Source: Candidatus Tayloriibacteriota bacterium
GTDB lineage: Bacteria; Patescibacteriota; Minisyncoccia; Phycocordibacterales; CAIRYW01
NCBI GenBank assembly: GCA_028286725.1
Contig: JAQBQZ010000013.1
Coordinates: 15,216-79,215, forward strand
Length of the DNA: 64,000 nucleotides
Direction of reading: 5' to 3'
This document shows positions 26,903 through 36,453 of the stretch, one piece after another. The notes beneath the pieces were generated by a model. The model did no database searches. It was not told where the DNA came from and saw only the letters and a program-made list of their open reading frames with translations. The translations under genes were made by a program, and so were the position numbers. Each line of letters starts with the position of its first letter. The first letter of the stretch is position 1.

Positions 26903-27325
26903 ATGGCAAAGAAAGTATTAAAGAAATTAAAGCTAGTTATTCCAGCAGGTAAAGCAACGCCTGCGCCGCCAGTAGGTCCAGCTCTCGGTCAGGCAGGTAT
27001 CAACATTGGAGACTTCGTAAAGAAGTTCAATGATGCTACAGCACAGATGCAGGGTGATATTATCCCAGTAGAAATCTCAGTATACGAAGACCGATCTTAC
27101 GATTTCGTTTTGAAGACTCCTCCAGCATCAGCTCTTGTAAAAAAGATGTTGAAGCTCGAAAGTGGTTCAGGAGAAAACCTTAAGAAGAAGGTGGGAACAA
27201 TCACAAAGGCACAGATCCGAGAAATTGCAGAAAAGAAAATGCCAGACCTAAACGCTGGATCAATCGAAGCTGCAATGAAGATCATCGAAGGAACTTGCAA
27301 ATCAATGGGCGTCGAGGTGAAATAG
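26903..27325 (+). CDS. rplK: 50S ribosomal protein L11
   Basis: [29 protein letters not shown]. Confidence 0.98.
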   Translation: MAKKVLKKLKLVIPAGKATPAPPVGPALGQAGINIGDFVKKFNDATAQMQGDIIPVEISVYEDRSYDFVLKTPPASALVKKMLKLESGSGENLKKKVGTITKAQIREIAEKKMPDLNAGSIEAAMKIIEGTCKSMGVEVK

Positions 27326-27328
27326 GTA

Positions 27329-27414
27329 ACTTCGACGGGTCGGAGGCTGATGAAGCCGAGACGGGCCTGCGCAACTTTTCAGCAGAAAAGTATGTGTAGG
27401 TTGAAGTGAAATAA
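27329..27414. repeat. rplK-linked structured element (scaffold A)
   Basis: acttcgacg is the inverse of the rplK end; gtcGGAGGC..GCCGAgac core; gttgaagtgaaataa copies the rplK end gtcgaggtgaaatag. Confidence 0.7.
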
Positions 27415-27517
27415 ATAGACTTAAAATAAAAATGCACGGCGCCTACGGCGCCGTGCATTTTTATTATTGTTGTGTTACGTTTATTTAAACCCGTTATTTT
27501 AGGAAGGAGGTGAAAAT

Positions 27518-27679
27518 ATGACTGAACCTGTTCCAGATTATTGGACCAAGACAAGGATGGAGTATCATGCGCGCGGAGTGATGTATGACCCGAGACGGAT
27601 GCGTTTCTGGATGCACCACTGCCAGCCAATGTTCCGACCACAACCGAAAGTCCCCGTGCAACCAGAAGTGGCACCATAA
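27518..27679 (+). CDS. small hypothetical protein, 53 aa (not in ORF track)
   Basis: Strong SD AGGAGGTG, ORF MTEPVPDYWTKTRMEYHARG...VAP, own terminator ccagcatc/gatgctgg+T. Confidence 0.55.
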   Translation: MTEPVPDYWTKTRMEYHARGVMYDPRRMRFWMHHCQPMFRPQPKVPVQPEVAP

Positions 27680-27723
27680 TGCTTCTCGGTACGAAGTCGC
27701 CAGCATCCCCGGATGCTGGTTTT

Positions 27724-28221
27724 TTATTTCAATACTTTATATTCGAGCATTATTGTTCCACCTTCTGTCTTTTCTTCTGAAATGAGTTCGAGTTTAATGT
27801 CTAGATCTTTATTAAATACTGAAATACCTGTACCAAAAAGAATTGGCTCGATCGTGAGATAGATCGTATCAACAACTCCTGCTTCGAGAAACATTGTATA
27901 GATCTGTGATCCTCCAGAGATCGCTACTTCTCTGAACCCTCGTGCTTCAAGACTTTTGATGAGTTCTGCTGGAGGAAGTGTTGTTGTCTCTGCTCCTTCA
28001 AATGTTTCTGATCTTGAATAAACGATATTTAATCTGTCTTTGAGTGGACGAGGAAAAGTTTTGAATGTCGATGCACCGAGTACCACAACACCTGCTCTTT
28101 TTGAAAGAGTTACAAATCTCTCTTTGTCCTCCTTGCTCGTCCAATTAAAAGGGGAGTGGTTTTTGTCTTTGGCGATGAAGCCGTTTGCGGTCTGTGCTGC
28201 AAGTATAAATACTTTTATCAT
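27724..28221 (-). CDS. folA: dihydrofolate reductase
   Basis: ANGFIA, W...ED..RF, VLGASTF, PLKDRLNIV, SGGSQIY; in the thyA operon. Confidence 0.85.
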   Translation of the reverse strand: MIKVFILAAQTANGFIAKDKNHSPFNWTSKEDKERFVTLSKRAGVVVLGASTFKTFPRPLKDRLNIVYSRSETFEGAETTTLPPAELIKSLEARGFREVAISGGSQIYTMFLEAGVVDTIYLTIEPILFGTGISVFNKDLDIKLELISEEKTEGGTIMLEYKVLK

Positions 28222-28280
28222 GTTGCTTTTTATTAAATTCCTAAATATTTCACCCTTTAGGGTTAAGTTTACTGCTGAAA

Positions 28281-28619
28281 TTATCTATTGTCTCCGTTAC
28301 CTAAGTGAACTCCTCGTTCGACTCTGCTTCTGAGCTTTTCAAGATTTCCTTTTGCTATTTCTTCAAGTGAAATACCTGTGTGGTTTGAAATGCAGGATAC
28401 ATACCAGAGAATATCACCAAGTTCCTTAGCAATCATTTTCTTGTCCTCATCATCCCATTTGCCTTTTTTGTGCCAATAAATCTTTTTGAATTTCTCTGAC
28501 ACTTCTCCAGCTTCTCCCGCAAGCCCAAGAACAATTGCAAAAAAATCAGGATCATTAAGATCGAGTCCAGCGGAATGGTCTGTTGTTAATGCGAGTTTTT
28601 GATATTCTTCGAATGTCAT
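28281..28619 (-). CDS. MazG-like nucleoside triphosphate pyrophosphohydrolase (start likely 28619)
   Basis: MTFEEYQ, LGLAGEAGEV, ELGDILWY, NLEKL.SR. Confidence 0.9.
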   Translation of the reverse strand: MTFEEYQKLALTTDHSAGLDLNDPDFFAIVLGLAGEAGEVSEKFKKIYWHKKGKWDDEDKKMIAKELGDILWYVSCISNHTGISLEEIAKGNLEKLRSRVERGVHLGNGDNR

Positions 28620-28623
28620 AATG

Positions 28624-29046
28624 TTATTTTCCTGTGCTTCCAAATGAGCCAGCACCTCTTTCGCTATCGGATAATTGAGTCGTTTCCTCAATTTCAACAA
28701 ATTGAACTGGCATAATAAGCATTTGGATTATTTTGTCACCTTTTTCTAAAGTATATGCTTTATCGGACAGGTTCATTATTCCTGCGTGGATTTCACCTCT
28801 ATAGCCAGCATCAATCACAAAACCAAAACTTTTAAGACCGTGTTTATGTGAGAGGCCACTTTTTTCAAGCAAGAGTCCTGCGTGACCTGCCGGTATTTCC
28901 ATTGCAAGTCCAAGAGGAATTGATTTTCTTTCTCCTGGTAAAAGAGTTACTGTTTCTGGAGTAAAAAGATCAAATCCCGCGTCGTCATTATGTGCATAAT
29001 GCGGTATTTTGGCATCCGGATGAATTTTCTTAATTTTGAGTTTCAT
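28624..29046 (-). CDS. dut: dUTP diphosphatase
   Basis: AGFDL, KSG, IDAGYRGEI, Q, RGAGSFGSTG. Confidence 0.95.
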   Translation of the reverse strand: MKLKIKKIHPDAKIPHYAHNDDAGFDLFTPETVTLLPGERKSIPLGLAMEIPAGHAGLLLEKSGLSHKHGLKSFGFVIDAGYRGEIHAGIMNLSDKAYTLEKGDKIIQMLIMPVQFVEIEETTQLSDSERGAGSFGSTGK

Positions 29047-29050
29047 AAAA

Positions 29051-29536
29051 TTACATATTTGCGTAAGTTTCCATTTCTCCTGTTAATGCGACGATCTCAA
29101 TATTTGCTTCACTGAATATTCTTTTTGATTGCTTTGTTGCGTGATAGTCCTTTTGAGCAATCACTTTCTTTATTCCTGCATTAATAAGGATCTTTGCACA
29201 AATATAACAAGGAACCATTTTACAATAAAGAGTGCTCCCATCAATTGATATTCCCATTTTTGCTGCTTGGGCTACTGCGTTTTGTTCGGCATGAATAGTA
29301 CGAACACAATGCATGTGTTCTTCGCCATTGTCGTGTATTGCTTTATGCATTTCGTGGCCAACTTCATCACAGTGAGGTAGTCCCATTGGAGAACCTACAT
29401 ATCCTGTCACCAGAATTCTTTTATCTTTTACGATTACGCATCCTGCTCGTCCACGATCGCAAGTGCCTCGACTTCCGACGAGTTCTGCAATAGACATAAA
29501 ATATTCATCCCAGCTTGGTCTCTTGTGATTTTCCAT
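29051..29536 (-). CDS. dCMP deaminase (ComEB-like)
   Basis: RPSWDEYFM, HAEQNA, PCYIC. Confidence 0.93.
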   Translation of the reverse strand: MENHKRPSWDEYFMSIAELVGSRGTCDRGRAGCVIVKDKRILVTGYVGSPMGLPHCDEVGHEMHKAIHDNGEEHMHCVRTIHAEQNAVAQAAKMGISIDGSTLYCKMVPCYICAKILINAGIKKVIAQKDYHATKQSKRIFSEANIEIVALTGEMETYANM

Positions 29537-29545
29537 ATTTTTGTA

Positions 29546-30484
29546 TTATACAGCAATAGGAGCTTTTATTGGAGGGTGAGGATCGTAGCCTACAATTTCA
29601 AAATCTTCAAATTTAAAATCAAAAAAATCTTTGACATTAGGGTTTACTTTGAGTGTTGGAGCCTCTTTCGGTTCTCGGGACAGCTGTTCATTCACTTGGT
29701 CTAGATGGTTTAGATAAAGGTGCGTGTCACCTCCAGTCCAAATGAATTCACCCGGCTCAAGTCCTGTGACTTGCGCGATCATAATAGTGAGAAGGGAATA
29801 TGATGCAACGTTAAATGGTACGCCAAGGAATGTGTCACAACTTCTTTGGTAGAGTTGGCAAGATAATTTTCCGTTTGCAACATAGAACTGGTACAGACAG
29901 TGACAAGGGGGAAGCCCAGCTTTTGCCATTTCATCAATGTCAGCAGGATTCCATGCTGAAACAATCAGCCTTCTTGAATCTGGATTTTTTTTGATTTGCT
30001 CCACTACATCTTTCAATTGGTCTATCTCTCGTCCGTCTGGAGTTCTCCAGTGTCGCCATTGGTAGCCATAAATAGGTCCGAGATTTCCATACTCTTTTGC
30101 AAATGCTTCATCCGCAACGATTTTCTGAACGAATTCTTTAAGTCCCGATTTCCATTCTTCACTTTGCGTGTTTGGAATAGGAAGATTATTTCTCTTTAAA
30201 TAATCTTTGTAAGGCCACTCGTCCCAGATATGTACATTTCTTTCTGCAAGATATTTGAGATTTGTATCTCCCTTAATAAACCACAAGAGTTCATGAATGA
30301 TGCTTTGCATTGAAACTTTTTTTGTTGTAAGGAGTGGGAATCCTTTTTGAAGATCAAATCGCATTTGGTATCCAAATACTGATAAAGTTCCTGTTCCTGT
30401 TCGGTCAGTTTTTTGAGCACCATACTCCTTGATGTGTCTTAGGAGTTTTAAGTATTCTTCGTCGTGAGGGTTTATTTGTGACAT
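29546..30484 (-). CDS. thyA: thymidylate synthase
   Basis: DRTGTGT, PLLTTKK, SRR, LPPCH, YQRSCD.FLGVPFN. Confidence 0.98.
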   Translation of the reverse strand: MSQINPHDEEYLKLLRHIKEYGAQKTDRTGTGTLSVFGYQMRFDLQKGFPLLTTKKVSMQSIIHELLWFIKGDTNLKYLAERNVHIWDEWPYKDYLKRNNLPIPNTQSEEWKSGLKEFVQKIVADEAFAKEYGNLGPIYGYQWRHWRTPDGREIDQLKDVVEQIKKNPDSRRLIVSAWNPADIDEMAKAGLPPCHCLYQFYVANGKLSCQLYQRSCDTFLGVPFNVASYSLLTIMIAQVTGLEPGEFIWTGGDTHLYLNHLDQVNEQLSREPKEAPTLKVNPNVKDFFDFKFEDFEIVGYDPHPPIKAPIAV

Positions 30485-30677
30485 GTCAAAATTATATCAT
30501 AGGCCCTTTTTCTTCGCTAAAATACACTAGAATATAGCTTTTTCGAGCTTTTTGGCCTAATGCTATCTTTTTAATATCCTGCTATTATATAGATATAAAC
30601 ACTTAATAGAATTTTATGATCTAAATCATTAAATCTGCCAGTCTCAACATTTATTATATTATTTAATTTTCATTTTT

Positions 30678-31868
30678 ATGAAGGACACACAGATCAAGAA
30701 GCTTATCGTCGCAGAGAACAAAAGACAGAAAGGAGTAATCAATCTCATCGCATCAGAAAACTATGTCTCAAAAGATGTACTTGAGGCACTTGGAAGTATT
30801 TTTGATAACAAATACGCAGAAGGATATCCGTATGCGAGATATTATGCAGGTCAAGAAAATACAGACAAACTCGAAACACTTTGCCAGGATCGTGCACTCA
30901 AACTTTTTAAACTAAAGCGGGCAACTTCAGAAACTAGCGGCTGGGCGGTAAATGTTCAGCCTCTTTCAGGATCACCTGCAAACCTTGCAGTGTATCTCGC
31001 ACTTGTACCACAAGGAGCAAAGATCATGGGACTTCCACTTACTCTCGGAGGACACCTCACTCATGGACAAAAAGTTTCTATCACAGGAAAAGTATGGAAC
31101 CAAGTTGCGATCCCTGTTGATGTAAAAACAGAATTGATCGATTATGCAAAAATGCGAGAGATTGCAATGCAAGAAAAACCGGCGCTCATCGTAGCAGGAT
31201 TTACAGCATACCCTCGAATTGTTGACTTCAAAAAAGTACGAGAGATCGCTGACGCATGCGGAGCATTTATGATGGTTGATATGTCACACTTTGCAGGACT
31301 TGTTGCAGGTGAAGCATATCCGACTCCATTTGATTATGCGGATGTGGTGACAACGACAACTCACAAGACTCTTCGAGGTCCACGAGGCGCCATGATCTTC
31401 TCGAAAGTGGATGCAAGAGAAATAAATAAAAAAATAGACAAGGCGATTTTCCCAGGACTTCAAGGTGGTCCACACATGGGGCAGATTGCGGGTATTGCAG
31501 TGGCTCTCAAAGAAAATGATTCTACAGCATTCAAGAAATATGCAAAACAGGTGATTAAGAACGCACAGGCTATGGCAAAAGAATTGCAGCGCCTCGGATG
31601 GAGAATTGTATCAGAAGGAACAGACTCACACCTAGTACTCGTAGATACATGGATGGACGGGAAGGGAATTCCAGGCAAAGAAGCAGAAGCAAAGCTCGAA
31701 AAAGCAGGAATCATCTGCAACAAAAATACTATTCCAGGCGAGACGCGATCACCATTTGATCCATCAGGAATTCGAATAGGTTCACCAGCAGAAACAACAA
31801 GAGGTAAGAAAGAAAAAGATTTCGTTATCATCGCAAGAAAGATCGATAAGGCGCTTCGAAGCAAATAA
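30678..31868 (+). CDS. glyA: serine hydroxymethyltransferase
   Basis: LIASEN, YAEGYP, GGHLTHG, TTTHKTLRGPRG, FPGLQGGP. Confidence 0.98.
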   Translation: MKDTQIKKLIVAENKRQKGVINLIASENYVSKDVLEALGSIFDNKYAEGYPYARYYAGQENTDKLETLCQDRALKLFKLKRATSETSGWAVNVQPLSGSPANLAVYLALVPQGAKIMGLPLTLGGHLTHGQKVSITGKVWNQVAIPVDVKTELIDYAKMREIAMQEKPALIVAGFTAYPRIVDFKKVREIADACGAFMMVDMSHFAGLVAGEAYPTPFDYADVVTTTTHKTLRGPRGAMIFSKVDAREINKKIDKAIFPGLQGGPHMGQIAGIAVALKENDSTAFKKYAKQVIKNAQAMAKELQRLGWRIVSEGTDSHLVLVDTWMDGKGIPGKEAEAKLEKAGIICNKNTIPGETRSPFDPSGIRIGSPAETTRGKKEKDFVIIARKIDKALRSK

Positions 31869-32542
31869 TGTCAAAAGGAAAACTCATTGTTATAGAAGGC
31901 GCTGATGGATCAGGGAAGGCGACGCAGACAAAACTGCTCGTCGATCATTTGGTTGAAGAAAACATTTCTTATTTCACAATTGATTTTCCTCAGTATGAAA
32001 ATAATATTTTTGGTGGATTCATCAAAGAATGCCTCAAAGGTGAACATGGGGACTTTGTAGGATTTGATCCATATATAGCATCCATTCCATACGCATGCGA
32101 TCGTTTTGAATCTAAGTCAAAAATAGTTGATGCATTAGAGCGAGGGGAAACTGTGATAATGGATCGCTATGTAAGTGCCAATCAGATTCATCAAGGAGGT
32201 AAAATAAAAGATGCAGAAGCAAGAGAAAAATATTTGAAATGGATCGATAAGGTGGAGCATGAAGTGTTTGGACTTCCAAGGCCTGACCTCATCATCTATC
32301 TTGATGTGCCATACTCAATTGTAAAAAAACTCGTACAAGAAAGAATTGCAAAAGAAGGAGGGGCAAGAGATCTTGTTGAAGAGAATGCGGAGTACTTGAT
32401 CAACTCTCAAAAGGCAGCGCTTGCTATTGTTATGCAGAAAGGAAGTTGGACCAAGGTCTCCTGTGCTGACGGTGAAGCGATGATGTCTCGTGAAGCAATT
32501 CACGAAAAAATTTGGGAGAAGGTAAAAGAAATTGTGAAATAA
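31868..32542 (+). CDS. tmk: thymidylate kinase
   Basis: IEGADGSGKAT, DRY, PDLIIYLDV. Confidence 0.9.
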   Translation: MSKGKLIVIEGADGSGKATQTKLLVDHLVEENISYFTIDFPQYENNIFGGFIKECLKGEHGDFVGFDPYIASIPYACDRFESKSKIVDALERGETVIMDRYVSANQIHQGGKIKDAEAREKYLKWIDKVEHEVFGLPRPDLIIYLDVPYSIVKKLVQERIAKEGGARDLVEENAEYLINSQKAALAIVMQKGSWTKVSCADGEAMMSREAIHEKIWEKVKEIVK

Positions 32543-32594
32543 AACAAGCGCCAGTCTCGAGAGAGGCTGGCACTTTTGTTTTGGCGATTGCTCG

Positions 32595-32843
32595 CTAAAG
32601 AACGAAATGGATGGTTGCCCAGAGAGCAACTGCAATGGCGATTGTCCATTGGGTTGCGAACAGGACCGTGCTCACTACCCACGACAATGCATTCATTGTT
32701 CGAGTAAATCCAGGATCACAGCCTTCATCTTGTTTCTTTATAATGATGTCGGCAAACTTGTATTGTGCAATTTTGGTGACAATCCAAAATGTGATGAGGA
32801 ATGGGAGGATGAGGTTGAGTATGGTGTTGTCAATGGTGTTCAT
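32595..32843 (-). CDS. small membrane protein
   Basis: 82 aa, two hydrophobic segments; shares the hairpin at ~32545-32580 with tmk. Confidence 0.5.
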   Translation of the reverse strand: MNTIDNTILNLILPFLITFWIVTKIAQYKFADIIIKKQDEGCDPGFTRTMNALSWVVSTVLFATQWTIAIAVALWATIHFVL

Positions 32844-32923
32844 GCCTGTGTGGGTGGTGGTTATTGTCCGATATTTATTCTACTCTTTTTGCCACTTTGA
32901 GCAAATAATGGTTAAATGATGCT

Positions 32924-34624
32924 GTGTTTGATATATCTAACAAGATAAAGGATTTGGTAAAAAAAGCGGGGAGCAACCTCAGCTTGGATTTGGCTGTGGT
33001 CAATCTTGAACACCCAGACGATATTCAAAATGGCGATTATTCGACCAATGTAGCCTTGGCTTATGCAAAAGCTTTGGGCAAACCTCCTCGAGAAATTGCA
33101 GAACAAATCAAAAATGAAATTGTAAAATCTCTCCCAAATGAAATCTCAAAAGTGGAGGTGGCCGGGGCCGGATTTATTAACTTCTATCTTTCGAGAGAAT
33201 TCTTCGCGGAGAGTGTTGGGGAAATAATCAAAGATGAGGATTTTGGAAAAGGAAAAATACTTGAAGGCAAGACTGCATTATTTGAATATACAGATCCCAA
33301 TCCATTTAAGGCTTTTCATATTGGGCATTTGATGGCGAACGCTGTGGGTGAGACCCTTTCTCGAATCGCTGGCAACCAAGGTGCTACTGTAAAACGAATC
33401 TGCTATCAGGGAGATATTGGTCTTCATGTGGCAAAGACGGTCTGGGCAATGCAAAAGATGAAAGATGATATGCCAAAAGATACTGATTCATTTGAAGAAA
33501 AAATAAAATTCATGGGAGATGCATATGTACTCGGAACAAATACATATGATGAGGACGAAGTGGCACAAGCTGACATTAAAGTGATAAACAAAAAACTTTT
33601 TGAGAAATCTGATGCGGAACTTCAGGAACTTTATGACAAGGGGAGAGAGTGGAGTCTTCTTTATTTTGATCTCATTTATAAAAAACTGGGAACAAAGTTT
33701 GATGATTTTATCTTTGAAAGCGAAGTGGCGGATCTTGGCAAGAGAACTGTTGAGCAAAACATTCCAAATGTCTTTACAGAGAGCGAAGGAGCTGTGATAT
33801 TTAAAGGTGAGGATCACGGACTTCATACTCGAGTGTTTTTGAATTCACAGAGACTTCCGACATATGAGGCAAAGGAACTTGGTAATGCAATGGAAAAAGC
33901 TCGACGACATAAATTTGATATTTCAATTATCACTTCTGCAAGCGAGATCTCTGATTATTTTAAAGTGCTTAAATGCGTGATGGGACTTATTGATCCAGAA
34001 AATTCAGCCAAGACTCATTTTGTCGGACATGGAATGCTTCGATTTGCTGATGGTAAGATGTCATCGCGAAAGGGAAATATTATTACTGGAGAGTCTTTGA
34101 TTGATGATATCAAGGAGGTAGCAATGACCAAGATCGAAAAGGAGACAGATGATAAGGATAAAATCTCTGAAGCTGTGGCGATCGCTGCTATTAAGTATTC
34201 AATCCTTCGACAATCTCCAGGAAAAGATATTATTTTTGATCGTGAAAAGGCGCTTTCATTTGAAGGTGACTCTGGACCTTATCTTCAATATTCATTTGTA
34301 CGAACTCAATCTCTTTTGGAAAAGGCGAACAAAGCCAATCTTGAAGCTGGCATCAAAAATGTATCAGAAGATCTATTCAATATCGAAAAATTCTTGTATC
34401 GATTCCCAGAGATCACGACTCGTGCATGGGAAGAGAAGGCGCCGCAACTTATTGTTGAATATCTGACACAGCTCGCCGGATCTTTCAATAATTTCTACGC
34501 ACAAGGACTTATCATTAGTGACGCGTCCGATGCACCATATAAAGTAGCCATCACAAAAGCATTCAATATCGTAATGAAAAGAGGATTGGAACTATTGGGA
34601 ATACCGGTATTAAATAGAATGTAG
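32924..34624 (+). CDS. argS: arginine--tRNA ligase
   Basis: GDYSTNVA, PNPFKAFHIGH, KMSSRKG, FEGDSGPYLQY. Confidence 0.97.
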   Translation: MFDISNKIKDLVKKAGSNLSLDLAVVNLEHPDDIQNGDYSTNVALAYAKALGKPPREIAEQIKNEIVKSLPNEISKVEVAGAGFINFYLSREFFAESVGEIIKDEDFGKGKILEGKTALFEYTDPNPFKAFHIGHLMANAVGETLSRIAGNQGATVKRICYQGDIGLHVAKTVWAMQKMKDDMPKDTDSFEEKIKFMGDAYVLGTNTYDEDEVAQADIKVINKKLFEKSDAELQELYDKGREWSLLYFDLIYKKLGTKFDDFIFESEVADLGKRTVEQNIPNVFTESEGAVIFKGEDHGLHTRVFLNSQRLPTYEAKELGNAMEKARRHKFDISIITSASEISDYFKVLKCVMGLIDPENSAKTHFVGHGMLRFADGKMSSRKGNIITGESLIDDIKEVAMTKIEKETDDKDKISEAVAIAAIKYSILRQSPGKDIIFDREKALSFEGDSGPYLQYSFVRTQSLLEKANKANLEAGIKNVSEDLFNIEKFLYRFPEITTRAWEEKAPQLIVEYLTQLAGSFNNFYAQGLIISDASDAPYKVAITKAFNIVMKRGLELLGIPVLNRM

Positions 34625-34670
34625 AATATAGAATGAGCGACGCCCACGGCGTCGCTCATTCTATATTCTT
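34624..34670. terminator. 22-bp perfect hairpin after argS
   Basis: agaatatagaatgagcgacgcc-cac-ggcgtcgctcattctatattct. Confidence 0.75.
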
Positions 34671-34827
34671 TTACCCCGTGTTATAATTACGGGACTCAAA
34701 TTAGAGTGTTAATTATTAGCTATTAAATTCACCTGAAAAAATTTGAACTGACATATTAAGCTAAAGCTTAATGCAGAGAAAATCAAAGATTTTCTATCAG
34801 CTCAAACTTTAAAGGATAAAACTTTTT

Positions 34828-35328
34828 ATGAAAATGTCTTGCTATAAAAATAAAAGTCTCGGACTTTTGGTGCTCCGACTCTTTGTTGGAGGTATCTTTC
34901 TCGTTCACGGTATCCAAAAGCTTATGAACATGGATGGAACTATCCAGTTCTTCTCACAGATCGGCCTTAACTCATTCTGGGCATGGGTTGTTGCGTTTAC
35001 TGAAACTCTCGGAGGTACGGCTCTTGTACTCGGACTTTTCGTTCAGTACGCATCAGCACTTCTCTCAATCGTACTTCTTGTTGCGATCATTACTGTTAAG
35101 TACAAGTTTGGAGGACCAACTCTTCTTGGTAAATTCGCAGCAGGCGAGGTAGATCTTGCACTTCTTGGTGCCAATCTTGCTCTCGTATTTGCTGGAGCTG
35201 GACGATACTCACTTTCAAAGTTCTGCAAATGTCACAAAGAAGGCGGTTCTTGCAAAGTGTGCAAGGTGATGGGATGTGAGACAGGAGACTGCGCAGGGAA
35301 ATGCGAAGGTGAGTGTGGAAAGAAATAA
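34828..35328 (+). CDS. DoxX-family membrane protein with Cys-rich C-terminal tail
   Basis: LRLFVGGIFLVHGIQKL, GAGRYSL, then CKCH...CKVC..C..C..C..C. Confidence 0.9.
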   Translation: MKMSCYKNKSLGLLVLRLFVGGIFLVHGIQKLMNMDGTIQFFSQIGLNSFWAWVVAFTETLGGTALVLGLFVQYASALLSIVLLVAIITVKYKFGGPTLLGKFAAGEVDLALLGANLALVFAGAGRYSLSKFCKCHKEGGSCKVCKVMGCETGDCAGKCEGECGKK

Positions 35329-35419
35329 TATCTAGAATTGATAAATGCACCGAAGCGTAGCTTCGGTGCATTTTATTTTTTGCTTGAATTTTCGTCACTT
35401 TTCGCCTAATATACACAAT

Positions 35420-36349
35420 ATGCAAAGCGAACACACTATTATCCTTTATTATAAATACACACCAGTAGAAAACCCTGAGGCACTCATGCTCTGGCATAAA
35501 GCTGTGTGTGAATCTCTTGATCTCAAAGGGCGAATAATTATCGCCAAAGAGGGTATCAATGGAACTCTTGAAGGAACAACTGCAAATACTCTCAAATATC
35601 GAAAGATGCTTGTGGATTTGAACAAAGACCCAAAGACTCGTGGGACGGGTAATTTTTCTGATATTCAGTTTAAAGATAGTGTTGGAACAGGAAATGCGTT
35701 TCCAAAACTTAAAATAAAAGTCAGACCAGAAATCGTGTCACTCCACCTCGGAGAAGATGATGTAGATCCTCGACATATGACAGGTAAACACTTGCCACCG
35801 GCAGAACTCAAGAAATGGTACGAGAAGAATGAGGACTTCGTGGTAGTTGATATGCGTAACGATTATGAGTTTGATGTAGGTCATTTCAAAAACTCAATCA
35901 ATCCTCAGCTTGAAAACTTTCGAGATCTTCCAAAGAAGCTTAGCGAGATTGCTAATATCAAAGACAAAAAAGTACTCACTGTATGTACTGGTGGAGTGCG
36001 ATGCGAAAAAGCATCAGGTTTTCTTTTGAAAAAAGGATTCAAAGATGTCTACCAGCTTGATGGTGGAATGCACAAATATATGGAGGCTTTTCCTGGTGAA
36101 GATTTTCTCGGAACCCTTTACACATTCGATGGGCGAGTAGTGATGGATTTTGGAGGAGAAAGAGAAATTGTTGGTAAGTGCAAATTCTGTAAAGACAAAA
36201 CTGAACGGTATGAAAACTGTGCTCGAAGTGAATGTAACGCGCGAATGCTCTGCTGTGAAAAATGCCTCGATGAAGGTGGGTTGCCTTGGTGCAGTGAAAA
36301 GTGTAAAGAACTATCCGTTCACCCTGTGAGAAAACCTCAAGCTGTTTAG
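35420..36349 (+). CDS. trhO: rhodanese-domain tRNA uridine(34) hydroxylase TrhO/UPF0176 (start likely 35420)
   Basis: LYYKY, GRI..A.EGINGT, D.RN.YE..VGHF, CTGGVRCEK, FDGR. Confidence 0.9.
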   Translation: MQSEHTIILYYKYTPVENPEALMLWHKAVCESLDLKGRIIIAKEGINGTLEGTTANTLKYRKMLVDLNKDPKTRGTGNFSDIQFKDSVGTGNAFPKLKIKVRPEIVSLHLGEDDVDPRHMTGKHLPPAELKKWYEKNEDFVVVDMRNDYEFDVGHFKNSINPQLENFRDLPKKLSEIANIKDKKVLTVCTGGVRCEKASGFLLKKGFKDVYQLDGGMHKYMEAFPGEDFLGTLYTFDGRVVMDFGGEREIVGKCKFCKDKTERYENCARSECNARMLCCEKCLDEGGLPWCSEKCKELSVHPVRKPQAV

Positions 36350-36453
36350 TTTTGCTATATAATTTGTTAAGTCAAATATAATATGCAAATTGATTTTATT
36401 TTAGTGTGTAGGTTTTCTCCTAGGGCAAGAAGCTCGTGGTATAATATTTCATT

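Noticed and set aside
27347-27390. CTGATGA...GAAA resembling a hammerhead ribozyme core
   Set aside because: CTGATGA lies in the ggct/agcc hairpin and I could not build the three hammerhead stems; the region is better explained as scaffold A.
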